Positions 63,711-64,000 of a stretch of DNA of 64,000 nucleotides are shown here, in pieces (the stretch's first letter is position 1; every line of letters starts with the position of its first letter). The notes below the pieces were generated by a model. That model was not told where the DNA came from. It saw nothing but the letters and a program-made list of their open reading frames with translations, and did no database searches. This DNA is from an uncultured Gammaproteobacteria bacterium (GTDB lineage: Bacteria; Patescibacteriota; Patescibacteriia; Magasanikbacterales; GWA2-37-8): the NCBI GenBank assembly GCA_964641245.1, contig CAZXML010000004.1, positions 5,418 to 69,417 on the forward strand, written 5' to 3'. The position numbers and the translations under genes were made by a program.

Positions 63711-64000
63711 TTATTCTATCTTGATAATTTTATAGGCGACTTCATGGTCGCCTATTTTAATTTTTATGTTTTCGCCGATTTTACGGCCAATCAGCGCCAT
63801 GCCAATAGGGGAGCTGTAGGAAATAATTCCTTTGTGCGGATTGGTTTCCGAAGAACCGAGGATTTGATATGTTTTTTGCTTGCCCGCACTTTCCACAGTC
63901 ACCTTATGACCCAGTTGAACCGTGTCAATTTGTTTTTGCGGGCTGATGATGACCGCGTGTTTGAGTTGGTTTTCTGTTTTGGTAATAGCGTCATTAATTC
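63711..64000 (-). CDS. greA: Transcription elongation factor GreA, C-terminal part (N-terminus beyond window)
   Basis: ISYSSPIGMALIGRKIGENIKIKIGDHEVAYKIIKIE matches the GreA FKBP-like C-terminal domain. The minus-strand frame stays open to the window end. Confidence 0.7.
   Translation of the reverse strand, partial: INDAITKTENQLKHAVIISPQKQIDTVQLGHKVTVESAGKQKTYQILGSSETNPHKGIISYSSPIGMALIGRKIGENIKIKIGDHEVAYKIIKIE

Noticed and set aside
1-64000. Insertion sequences, transposase or integrase genes that could be mobilising the repeats
   Set aside because: No ORF with transposase (DDE), tyrosine or serine recombinase motifs was found. The repeats are too short to be autonomous elements.

Overview
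This 64 kb window is low-GC (roughly 40% by eye) and gene-dense, and it comes from a small-genome bacterium. Most genes lack a Shine-Dalgarno sequence, and a few large cell-surface proteins are present. I read this as resembling Patescibacteria/CPR-type genomes; that is inference, not proof.

The content is mostly housekeeping, in these blocks:
- **Chaperone operon:** CIRCE-like operator, hrcA, grpE, dnaK and dnaJ, interrupted by a DUF559 endonuclease gene and a GNAT gene.
- **Regulation and nucleases:** an ECF sigma factor with a putative anti-sigma factor, and rnhA.
- **Envelope and core genes:** murA, an S41 peptidase, era, rplI, pyrG, recJ, lepA, murJ.
- **Surface-glycan cluster:** polyprenyl-phosphate sugar transferase, S8 protease, UXS-like epimerase, GT2, DUF2304 protein, GT4, SAM methyltransferase and a GT4 fragment.
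- **Division and RNA:** an MBL/beta-CASP RNase, mraZ, rsmH, an FtsL-like protein, a SWIB-domain protein, a DEAD-box helicase.
- **Metabolism:** gdhA and tdk.
- **Surface proteins:** a 753-aa surface protein, an Avd-like four-helix-bundle protein, and a 1326-aa surface protein with LVIVD repeats, tail-fibre-like repeats and an S74 chaperone domain.
- **Final kilobases:** secA, tRNA-Asn, tspO, msrB, msrA, a SOUL heme-binding protein and a partial greA.

The most unusual aspect is the density of short palindromic repeat families, at least five of them, mostly in intergenic space.
- The 'TGTCATCC...GGATGACA' family occurs as hairpin pairs between genes.
- Copies of it, or a close relative, sit in frame inside secA (about 75 extra residues) and inside rsmH (an exact 69 bp, 23-codon insert). 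This resembles Rickettsia palindromic elements.
- The termini of these elements carry ATG/CAT triplets that create false upstream start codons for mraZ, rnhA and a GT4 fragment.
- Other families form tandem clusters around the DUF559 gene (family F), hairpins just after stop codons (family C), a palindrome immediately upstream of the murA, uxs and gdhA start codons (family D), and a conserved 30-80 bp leader ending at the ATG of four genes.

Several short islands of higher GC are also visible:
- a lipoprotein protease;
- a terminator-flanked ORF next to era;
- an outer-membrane-like beta-barrel gene with a strong Shine-Dalgarno sequence;
- a roughly 65% GC fragment near the right end.

These are candidates for horizontal acquisition or assembly chimerism.
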